NCBI RefSeq assembly: GCF_006345805.1
Contig: NW_021831871.1
Span: 1 to 64,000 of the forward strand
Origin: Octopus sinensis
Lineage: Eukaryota
DNA: 64,000 nt
Direction of reading: 5' to 3'
Shown in pieces: positions 13,286 to 24,508 of this stretch. The notes below the pieces were generated by a model. It was not told the origin of the DNA, made no database searches, and was given only the letters and a program-made list of their open reading frames with translations. Each line of letters opens with the position of its first letter. Positions within the stretch are counted from its first letter, which is position 1. A program made the translations under genes and the position numbers.

Positions 13286-14149
13286 GAGTAAGTTTTCGTC
13301 GTTAAAATCAGCCCCAGGATTTGATTTATAATTTACTTTGTTGAGCTCGGCAGATAAGGGCACAGACGAGAGGACTGCCAGGGACAACTAAAGCAGATGC
13401 CGACAAATGGTAAATGCGGTGAACTGCTGCCATCTTGGATGCTTCCCATATCTGATGTGATCTGACCTGACATCGGAGAGAAGAATGACAAACTTGCCGT
13501 CGGCGGAATTTGAGCTCAGAATTTAAAAAAACGGGAAAAAATATAACTAAACCTTTTTGTCCAACGCTCAAACGATACTTCCCCCAACACACCACCTCCC
13601 ATTACCAAACGTTGACTAAAAGTAATGACATCAACAGAGGTCAAGAATCAATCCAATTATCATTGCATCAATTAGAAAACGTTAATTTCATGCCTTCGCT
13701 AATTGTAATTCTCATATTCACATAACTTATCTGAAAAAAAGCAAATATTATTAAAACAAAACGAGGGAGAGTTTTGGGTAAATATTGGTATAGTGAGTAG
13801 ATAAGGAGGAAGTTAAATAGAAGAAGTGCGGATTAAGGCAGGAGTGGGTTTTTTTCAGGTTTCATCTCTTATTTTCGTATCTCTGCAATTTGTATTAGTT
13901 ATCTAATCTAATATGTACACACATACATACACGCATACGAGTATACATGCAGCTTTATATTTATATACATGAATGCTTCCTAAAGTCATGATGATCCTAA
14001 TATGCGTTCAACGACTATCAAGTAATGGCCCGACCCTCAAAAATTTCGGGTTGGTGATCGGCGTGCTGGAAGACCACTGAGAGTGAAGTATCCCTTAGCT
14101 TTTGTTAAAGCATATCTCTAGGAGAAGGTCACTCTGATATAAAACCAGG

Positions 14150-14515
14150 TATGCTGGGAACGGTAATGAACATTTTGGGGTGATCTTTTTCTTGCGCTCG
14201 AGATCATGCCTCCCGCTCACATTCCTGGACCTGCAACTCGTATTGACATCTTGCCTTGGCTTGTCTCTGAATCATGTCAGTAAAGTGGAGAGGGTCTTTG
14301 GTGCTGTGCAAGCCTTACTGGAGCTTAAATTTGAGGATGTGCAATCGCCGGCGAGGCGAACATCCGATTCCCAGTCGAGAAGAAGAGCATCACTTCGAGC
14401 AGATAAACTGCAAACGCTTATACAATAACTTCATGGACGGACATTGCTGACATTTGGCATGGGTAATGGTCAGTGATGGTCTTCCTCGGCTGCGAGTGGA
14501 CAGCCATCATCTTCA
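14150..14515 (+). mobile_element. Probable degraded RTE-clade LINE 3' end
   Basis: LNHVSKVE...LKFEDV resembles RTE WLGHV.RM...LRFKDV; ends in an RTE-like 3' hairpin/tail (gatggtcttcctcggctgcgagtggacagccatcatc). Confidence 0.4.
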
Positions 14516-14754
14516 TGTATATGTATGTTCAGTTTTATTTCAAGATTTCTCGCCAATAAAGAAAGAGTCCATTTCTAACCTAGATTCAAAGCTGCTTCAT
14601 TGGAATTTCAACATCAACAAGTGGGTATGTATGTATGTATGTATGTATGTATGTATGTATGTACGTACGTACGTATGTATGTATGTATGTATGTATGTAT
14701 GTATGTATGTATGTATGTATGTATGTATGTATGTATGTATGTATGTATGTGCAG

Positions 14755-15030
14755 ATTTGTATGTTCTATGTATGTATTCTCATGCATATAGTTACATATC
14801 TTGACATGCTCATATATATTTAAATGATAAACTTCTGAAAAGTTTTACAGATTTTTACAGTTCCAGTGATGGAATTGATCTGTAGTCTTCGAATTAGCCT
14901 TTCCCTTTCTGGTCTTGAGAAGCCTAATTTCTCAAGATTAAGCATTTAGCCACTGCTTTACATATCTCAGGGCCCCAATAATTTTTTGAGAAGTCTAATT
15001 TCTCAAGACTGGCATTTAGGGTTGTGTTAC
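14755..15030 (-). mobile_element. 3' fragment of an RLE non-LTR retrotransposon embedded in (ACAT)n
   Basis: Minus strand IIGAL.YV...LEKLGFSRPERERLIRRLQINSITGTVKICKTFQKFII* (stop ~14820); short 3' UTR; (TATG)n on both flanks. Confidence 0.72.
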
Positions 15031-15117
15031 TATGTATGTATGTATGTATGTATGTATGTATGTATGTATGTATGTATGTATGTATGTGTGTATGTATGTA
15101 TGTATGTATGTATGTAA

Positions 15118-15410
15118 TGAAGGCGTGTGGCTTATAAGTGAGAGTATTCGGTTCACTATCAAAAAGTCGCAAGTTCGATACCTAGCAGTGCGCTATGTTC
15201 TTGAGCAAGACACTTTATTTCACATTGCTCCAGTCTAATTAGCAGGCAAATATTGTGTAGTATGAAAGGACCAGTCTTATCACACGCTCTGTCATGCTGA
15301 ATCTTCTTGATAACTACGGTGTGATCAGCCACTTGCACGTTAATGTCACAAGCAGGGGGTTCTGTTGATCGGATCATCTAGAACACTCATCGTTGTAAAG
15401 GACGAAATAG
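15118..15410 (+). mobile_element. tRNA-headed SINE
   Basis: Head gaaggcgtgtggctta...gttcgatacc, ttcttgagcaagacactt; tail homologous to 42600-42770. Confidence 0.7.
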
Positions 15411-15867
15411 CAGTATGTATGTATGTATGTAGTATGTATGTATGTATGTATGCATGTATGTATGTATGAATGTATGTATGTATGTACGTATATATGTATG
15501 TATGCATGCATACATGCATGTATATATGTATGTATATGTATGTATGTATGTACATGTGTGTGTATGTGTATGTATGTATGCATGTATGTATGTATATCAT
15601 TGTTCAGTTTAAGGCTTCTTGCTAATAGAGAAAGAATCGGATTCTAACCTAGATCTAAGGATCCTTCGTGTGTATATATGTATATATGTATGACTGTAAG
15701 TATGAATTTGTGTATGTATGTATGTATGTATGTATGTGTGTGTATGTATGTATGTGTATGTATGTATGTATGTATGTATGCACATGTATGTGTGTATGCT
15801 TGTATGTGTGTATGCATATATATATATGTATGTATATATGTGTATGTATGTATATATGTATATATTT

Positions 15868-16010
15868 ACAGGAGAAAAAGACGAAGGCAGGTGAAAGAAC
15901 AACAAGTAGATGTATTAGTTTAACGCTCGGGTATAATGGAAAAGTCTTTGACATTTCGAGCCTACGCTCTGCGACGGAAAATATTGAGAGGGAAATATCA
16001 GACAGAGAGA
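15868..16010 (-). mobile_element. Second copy of the 12.0-kb element with degenerate hammerhead (15946-15980)
   Basis: Shares gacgaag.caggtg, agatgtattagt..acgctc and tttcgagcctacgctct with 12018-12186. Confidence 0.65.
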
Positions 16011-16199
16011 AGCAAATGTATGTGGATTCACGGTTCAGCATGCATATATATGTCTATGTAGGTGCATATATGCTCGCATATGCATGTATGCATATATATG
16101 TAATTATATATAAATTTATATATACATACTTATATATTGGATTATATAGAAATTCATATCTGTATATATATGTATTTATGTATATATATATATGTATAT

Positions 16200-16236
<37 letters not shown>

Positions 16237-16780
16237 GTGTATATATATGTGTGTCTATGTATGTATGAATGTATGTATGTGTATATATATACATACATAT
16301 ATATATATACACACAGACATATATATATATACATGCTCACAGGCATTCATGTCTACATATTTATGCATGTATATTTTTATACATGCGTGTAAAGAGGTGT
16401 TATAATTGTACATAAACAATAAACGAGGAGTTACTCATGTTTATAGATCTGTTTGTAGATATCTATGAGTGTGTATACTGTATATGAGTGTATATGTGTG
16501 TATATGTGTGTATGTGTGTGTAGATGTGTGTACTTTAACATTTACTAGAATGAATATACATTATTTGGCTGTTTGTGTGTGTGCGTATGTATATGTAGAT
16601 ATATGTAAATAACACCCACACCCACACCCAAACATATATATGCAAGTGTTCGTACGACTATACTTATATAGCCTGTCGTATATGTTGTATATTTATAAAT
16701 CGCTACTTATGTGTATAGTTAAAAATTATCTCTCTATCTAATTGCTACATATACATATATATTGTATACATACATACACA

Positions 16781-16873
<93 letters not shown>

Positions 16874-16949
16874 CAAATATATATATATATGTATGTATGT
16901 ATATATACATACATACATACATACATGCATACATACATACATACATGCA

Positions 16950-16995
<46 letters not shown>

Positions 16996-17008
16996 CATAC
17001 ATACATAT

Positions 17009-17064
<56 letters not shown>

Positions 17065-17476
17065 TGTGTGTGTGTGTGTAATATATATGTAATATATTAG
17101 TAGCTGACCTTAGGTCTAGTTAGTGATAATTTCCCATGTGAACCAATATACCAATTTCAACCAGAAAATTCAGCGCACCCTGAACCGGAATATTTTCTGA
17201 TATTTGTCAGCACGGTGCCGTTTATTTCCAACGTATGTGTTTTCCCATCAGTTCCGACCATTAGCCATTTTGCTTGTAACACTATACTTTCATTATCATC
17301 ATCGTCATCATTATGATGATGATGATGATGATGATGATGATCACCACCACCACCACCACCACCATCGTCATAATAATCGTCATCATCATGATCATCGTCA
17401 TTATCACCATCATCATCATCATTACATCATCATGATCATCACCATCATCAACATCGTCATCATCATCATCGCCATC

Positions 17477-17507
<31 letters not shown>

Positions 17508-17585
17508 TCATCATAATCATCATCATCATCATCATCATCTTCCGTCGTTATGATTGCTGTTATCATTATTATTTGTAGTAGTAGC

Positions 17586-17659
<74 letters not shown>

Positions 17660-18072
17660 CACTAGTAGTAGCAGTAGCTTTTTGCAATTGTACTGTTAGT
17701 GTTGTCCTTATTTGAAAATAAAATCATAGTCATTAGTGTAAATTAGAATTTTTGTTCTCCATATTGCTTGTTTCGCGAAAATGTAGACATGTTACACCTT
17801 CGGACAGAATTTATTGCTGTACTATAATTACAGCTCTTTACGAATCTGAGTTCACATCCCACCGAAGTTTACCTGCCACCTCTGGTCGATAGGATAGTAG
17901 TACTATTCATTTACTGGTACCGATGGTATCGAATACTCTCCAACACGTCACAGCAGTGAATGAAGTCCCCAAATTTAGAGATTATTGTTGTTGTTGTTAT
18001 TATTGTTATTTTTCAAAAATACTATTTTTGTATGCTTTTTGTGGTATCTCTCCTTTGATCAATGAAAGCCCT

Positions 18073-18115
<43 letters not shown>

Positions 18116-18894
18116 TTGTATCCCGTTCTTTTGATATTATCGTCCATGTTTTATTAAAGAAATGATATCATCATCATCATCATCATCACTAGTATCATTT
18201 TTATTGTTATTATTATCATTATTACTTAAATGATGTTTAAATGATGTGTTGTCATTCTGAGGTTTGAATCCAACATGTCTTCTCAATTCTCTATATCCTT
18301 TCTTAGAATTCTTACAGAGTAGAAAATTTCACTTTTCTGTTGGTCGGCAGTGCCCGTCTCTACGTGCTGATAATGCGAAACATCATGAAAATCTGTGTAA
18401 GAGTATGGCCCACCACTAAACGAAAATATTTTTCCTCAATGGAGAAAACACCTAAGAAAATTCGAGGGACAAAATTATGACCTTTATCATACAAACGTAA
18501 AATTGTCTTAACCGAAGGAAATCTTAAAAATATAGATATACAATCGAGTAAGTATAGGGTACATAGACCCAGCAAACGTGATGTGTGAGACAATGATTAT
18601 TGGGCTGTTAAGAGAAATATATCTGAAGATAAGTTTACTAGATCTTCGTCTTAGTGCTACTGTTTCATAAAGATATATAACTTAAGCATAAGATTAAAGA
18701 TAAAAGCGACACAAAAGATAGATGGTTGGAAAATATCAACGAGATACCCCGGAGTTTCACAAATACGTGATAAATGCTAGGATGGAAATATACGGTGAAC
18801 AAGGGCTAATAGGCCATACACATGAAGTGTGCCTTCAAACAAAACTCTTGAAAATATCGTGAAACAAGCACGGTATTTATAACCTTACGCTTCT

Positions 18895-19148
18895 TCTTCT
18901 TCACCCTTTTAAAGCCTAGCCAGGCTCATGGGCCTGGTTTCCCGGTTTCTGTGGCCTATGTGTTCCCCAGCTGGAAGGGAGACCAGTCCATAGAGGCGTT
19001 ACTCATTTTTGCCAGCTGAGTGAACTGGAGCAACGTAAAATGAAGTGTTTTGCTCAAGAACACAACGCGTCGCCCGGTCCAGGAATCGAAACCACGATCT
19101 TACGATCATAACGCTGACACCCTAACCACTAAACCACGCGCCTCCACA
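18895..19148 (-). mobile_element. tRNA-headed SINE, full length with (GAA)n tail
   Basis: Minus strand gtggaggcgcgtggtttagtggttagggtgtcagcg...ggtttcgattcctggaccgggc (A/B boxes); homologous to 54525-54750. Confidence 0.85.
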
Positions 19149-20402
19149 TAACCTTACGCTTAGTTTTCTGTAAACGGCATTACGCTTTCAAATTTACTGC
19201 TGTTTAAACAAACAAACAAACAAAAAATAAGCCCAAGAAAATTATTCTATGTTTTATTGGAAGCGAGGTAGATAAAAGTGGTTCAAAAAGGTGTCAGGAG
19301 AGAGCATTGTTACAGCTTTTAGTTAATCTGAAGAAGACAATGTCACTAGTATGGGATTAACTTCAAGTTTACAAGGATGGAACAACAAGGAAATCCTAGG
19401 ACAATTAAAACCTAAATGCAATGTTATTACGAGTTCAAATATACTAGTGGCACGTCCAGACTCGTAAGCAAACTATTCACTCTGTTTTGTCACGGAGAAC
19501 ATTTTTCGCTATTGACAAATGATGTAAATACACCTAAATCAACTCGCAGCATCACCCATACAAACTGTAAGACGCAAGCGTTTCAGAGTAGTCATCTTCT
19601 CTTCAGTCACAGAAAGCAGACAGGGGAGACAATCTCTCTTAACGGCTCGCTGCGCCACAAGCATATTTGAACTGGTGATAAAATTGCATTTATACACATC
19701 ATTGCTTAGCGCACCCACTCCGTAATTAAAACCTAAATGAACAGTTAACCTCACCTATTAACAATTGATGTTACAATCACTGGATGTTTCAGTCAACAAA
19801 ACTTACGTCGCAGTCAACAAAATGTTTTACTTGAGAAATGTGAAACTAAGGTTCAATTCTTTGAGTTCGTTGCCGGAAATTGAGTGATCTCAACAGGATG
19901 ACTGATGAGACCAAATATTGAACTTATTTATAAGCGGGTAAGGTTAACATGTGGAGCTGAGAGGGAAGGAAGTTAAAGACAAGCAATAATTCTTTTAAGA
20001 AAATCTGAAATCAGTTATGCAATGGATATACCAATGATGGAATCTATGAAAACAGTGATGACCAAATACATAAATAAATACATAAATAGTGGTACAGGCG
20101 TGGCTGTGTGGTAAAAAGCTTGCTTCCCAACGACATGTTTCCAGGTTCAGTCCCACTGCGTGGCATCTTGGGCAAATTTCGTATACTTTAGCCTCGGGCT
20201 GACCAAAGCCATGTGAGTGGATTTGGTAGACGGAAACCGAAAAAAACCTGTCGTATATATATATATATATAATATATATATTAACAATTAAGGAACGGCC
20301 ATAATAGGCCATTCACCCACTAGAAATAACAGCCAAAGCTTCTACCGCAAATAAAGATCAATTCCGTAAACAGGAGAAAATTAAAAAAACATTTACCCTG
20401 TA

Positions 20403-20509
20403 ATTTCTTGTACGGTATACCGTTTCATCCGTTGTTTAATGGTAAACCAACCTAATTAAATTAAATCAAGCCAATCTTCCATAAGCCCTCGGATTCATCA
20501 GCAAGAAAT
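20403..20509 (-). ncRNA. Type I hammerhead ribozyme, inverted identical copy
   Basis: Exact reverse complement of 20631-20737. Confidence 0.88.
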
Positions 20510-20630
20510 AGCTCTCGGGACAGATAATTACACGAGGCATATCCCATCTTGCCAAGTCAATATCTGACCTAAAATTTTCAAATCGTCGCACTCGCGCCAA
20601 ATTTATCGGCCAAATTTATCGGCAGCAAAT

Positions 20631-20737
20631 ATTTCTTGCTGATGAATCCGAGGGCTTATGGAAGATTGGCTTGATTTAATTTAATTAGGTTGGTTTACCA
20701 TTAAACAACGGATGAAACGGTATACCGTACAAGAAAT
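20631..20737 (+). ncRNA. Type I hammerhead ribozyme, canonical core, extended stem II
   Basis: AUUUCUUG CUGAUGA AUCCG-[58 nt rod]-CGGAU GAA ACGG-UAUA-CCGU A CAAGAAAU; 8-bp stem I; predicted cut after A20729 (GUA). Confidence 0.88.
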
Positions 20738-20966
20738 TACAGGGTAAATGTTTTTTTTAATTTTCTCCTGTTTACGGAATTGATCTTTATTTGCGGTAGA
20801 AGCTTTGGCTGTTATTTCTAGTGGGTGAATGGCCTATTATGGCCGTTCCTTAATTGTTAATGTTGAACTTAAAAATGGTCTATGACTATTTAATTTTTTT
20901 CCCGCTGGGCCGCTGGTGGCAATAAAATTCTACAAAATTTCCTTGCCACTCTATATTGATTAATTA

Positions 20967-21015
<49 letters not shown>

Positions 21016-21614
21016 GTGTGTGTGTTCACATCTGTTTTTGACCCCCACCACCGCTTGACAACCGGTGTTGATGTGTTTACGTCCCCGTAGCCTAGCAGTT
21101 CTGCAAAGAGATATCGACAGAATAAGTACCCCAGGTTTAAAAAAGATAACTCATGAAGACGATTTATTCGACTGAAACTCTTCGAGGCGGTGCCCTAACA
21201 ATGGCCACACTTAAATGACTACCAACAAGTATAAGAACACAAGAATAAAAGAAAATAAATAGATAAAACATTTTGCCGTGACTGCGAGGTGGATGTCATT
21301 ATTGGTTGGTGTGCTAGTAAACGCTATTGGTAATAAATACAGAGTCATCAGATTTTTGCGACGCTTTCATGAAAGATGGGGCTTCAGAGGATGTGCTGTT
21401 TCCCAGTAAATTTGTTGAAAGGTGAGAATATGGCGAGAATGGTCCGAGCAAGTTGGTCTACCCTAAGCTGGTACCTGTAGGCTGAAAAATGCGGAGGAGA
21501 GAAGCACTTATAGTATTTCCGACGAATAGGTTAGCCCGGGATCTCAAGGGTTCTTTGATACTGCTGAGTAACCTTTTGTCCCTATATCAGGGTTTTGTTA
21601 AGATTTTTGTTGCA

Positions 21615-22039
21615 AAGATGAACCACTGCAAATATTCTGTTCAATATCACACATTTGCTAGTTAGTTGCTTGGCCTTAACCAGTTGACCATGCCCACTCA
21701 TTGGCAGACAATATATGCCCTTCTGATCAGAAGCAGGAGTAGTAGGGGAGCATCATAGCCATGTGTTCAGAGGGATTCTTTGGGGTTTTAATATTTCACA
21801 CCTGACAACATGGGTATTTCGTTCACCATCCTTAAACAACTCTTACTCAGGGATCTTTTGAGCGGGATGGGCTACTGAACCCGAAGCAAATTCTATGCGC
21901 TATGTATCATGATATGTGATTACCATGTCGCGCAAATATGGAACTATGGTTGTGATGCATCTACCTGATGTACCCTTATCGGACGAGTAGTCAGGATGTA
22001 TATATTGGGCCTGGTGGATTCTACCCTAGTATCACTTTG

Positions 22040-22042
<3 letters not shown>
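21615..22042 (+). mobile_element. Repeat X, older truncated copy
   Basis: Diverged match to ~3885-4330. Confidence 0.75.
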
Positions 22043-22094
<52 letters not shown>

Positions 22095-22097
22095 CAT

Positions 22098-22392
22098 CAT
22101 CGTTACCGATCAGGCTATCAGATGTTGCTACACATCGCTGATCACAATGCGCTTCACATTGTTTTAGCCTTCGAATGACGCCGCCTCGCTGGCTAAGCGA
22201 GCAGCCCAACAGAAGAAAGAGTGAGAGAAAGTTGTGGCGAAAGAGTACAGCGGGGATCGCCACCACCAACAACCCACTGCCGGAGCCCTGTGGAGCTTTA
22301 GGTGTTTTCGATCAATAAACACTCACAACGAATGGGAACCGCGTTCCTACAACCGCAAGTCCATTGCCCTAACCACTGGGCCATTGCGCCCT
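22098..22392 (-). mobile_element. tRNA-headed SINE (head shared with 42387)
   Basis: Minus strand ggcgcaatggcccagtggttagggca...gttgtgagtgtttattga.cgaaaacacctaaagctccac; different 3' tail from 42387. Confidence 0.8.
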
Positions 22393-22531
22393 CGTATATA
22401 TATATATATAATGTAGATATCAAGCGTGCGTAGGTTTATGTAAAGCAGTATATATAAAAGAATTAAAGATAATGCTATGCTACTTCCTTATGATTATTAT
22501 TGTTATTGATATATATTATATATGTATTCAT

Positions 22532-22630
<99 letters not shown>

Positions 22631-22648
22631 GTATGTATATATATATGA

Positions 22649-22683
<35 letters not shown>

Positions 22684-23558
22684 GGTACATACACACATGT
22701 ATATTTGTGTGTATATATAGCTGCATTCATATATGTGTATAGATAAATTGATAGATAGATTGATAGACAGAGAGAGGGGGTAGAAAAGAGAGAGAGAGGG
22801 GTATGTATCTATCAGTAGACGTATTTATATAGTTAATTAACTGCTTATGAGCAAATATATACTTGCATCAGTTAAACATGAGCAATTGTTTTTTCTTATT
22901 TTTGTAATGAATCCTGTACAACGTAGATAATAAATGACTCAGCTATGTCATCAACGTCACCGTTTTTAGTATCCCAATGTCACGCTGCTAATGCCTTTGG
23001 TAATAGCTTAAACGAAAGAATCTCTCTGGTTTTTGACCTACAATACAAACAAATTATTCATCATATTCATCATCCTCGTTATCATTAGCAGCATTGGCTA
23101 CACTACCACTACAGGAAAGAATACAGCGAAGCATTTCGGTTCCATCACATGCCCGTATTTCTAATTTAAGCACATGACCATCACTTTTGAGGAGAGGAAG
23201 TTAGTCAATTATCTCGACTTTAAGGCTTGACTGGTACTTTATTTCATTGTCTCCGGAGGAAGGAGAGGCATTACTGACTTCAACGTGATTTGAGCTCTAA
23301 AAGTAAAGAACTGGAGAGGCATTTTTTTTCGACGCTGTAATGATTCTGTCTACGCGGTGCAGTGGATATTAGAAAGGCAGGTATTGGAGTAGAGTGCCCA
23401 ATAGAACTCTTACAAAAGTTTTGCCAGAGTAATTAGGACAGTATTAGATAGTTGAAAAGAACAGGTATTATGGTGCGATAAGCTGCAGGCAGCAAATTCG
23501 CTACGCATGCAAGACTCCAAGAGAACCTAAGACAAAACGAATAATAATAACCATAATA

Positions 23559-23612
<54 letters not shown>

Positions 23613-23617
23613 TAATA

Positions 23618-23693
<76 letters not shown>

Positions 23694-23728
23694 CGACGAC
23701 GATGATGATGATGATGATGATGATGATG

Positions 23729-24435
23729 GATGCCGTATCAGGCAGTAGCTCTCGTGGCTTCTGATCTTAACTGATTGGAAATGTTGTCATGTATTGTTTT
23801 GTCTTGGTATAAAAGATGAGCTACAGCAAATATTCTGCTCAATACCACAGATTTGCTTGTCAGTTGTTTCACCTTAACCAGTTGAGCATGTCCGTTAGTG
23901 GCTGATGGTATGTGCATTTCTGATCACGAGCAGAAATAGTTGGGAAGCATCATAGCCATGTGTTGAGAGGGATTCTTTGGGGTTTAAATAATTCACCTCT
24001 GGAAACATGGGTGTTTCGTTCAACATCCTTAAACTACCCTTATTCAGGGATCTTTTGAGCGGGATGGGTATACTGGCCTTCGTATACTTTACCCCAGAGT
24101 TACTTTGATGACATGAACTGCTCTCTCACTCAATAATAATAATAACAATAATAATAATGATAATAAATATGGGTGTCTCGTTCAACATCCTTAAACAACC
24201 CTTATTCAGGGAACCTTTGTGCGGGATGGGTTACTCGACCAGAAGAAAATTATACCTGGACCCCACCTGCAAGGTCATGCGCTGTTTATCTTGATATGAG
24301 ATCACCATATCCCGCGCATACGGTTGTGATACATGTGCCTGATGCAACATTATCAGACGTGTATGCATGATGGGCATTCTGGGCTTCGTATATTTTACTC
24401 CAGTATCACTTTGATGGCAAGGACGGCTCTCTCAC

Positions 24436-24437
<2 letters not shown>
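23729..24437 (+). mobile_element. Two tandem copies of repeat X (23729-24131 internally deleted; 24169-24437 5'-truncated)
   Basis: Both end ctctctcact(c/t)aataataat; separated and followed by (AAT)n. Confidence 0.85.
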
Positions 24438-24497
<60 letters not shown>

Positions 24498-24508
24498 TAA
24501 TAATAATA

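Larger units (their letters stand above)
20280..20965 (+). mobile_element. Foldback element with two inverted hammerhead ribozymes
   Basis: Arms 20280-20510 and 20630-20861 are reverse complements apart from one homopolymer indel; ~119-bp spacer; ~100-bp unique 3' tail into (TA)n. Confidence 0.92.
20091..21250 (+). mobile_element. SINE-A split by an insertion in its internal (TA)n
   Basis: 5' half 20091-20255; 3' half ~21015-21250; 20280-20965 lies within the internal microsatellite. Confidence 0.8.

Noticed and set aside
18330-18660. Faint resemblance to a Chapaev-type transposase C-terminus
   Set aside because: Similarity too weak to support by eye
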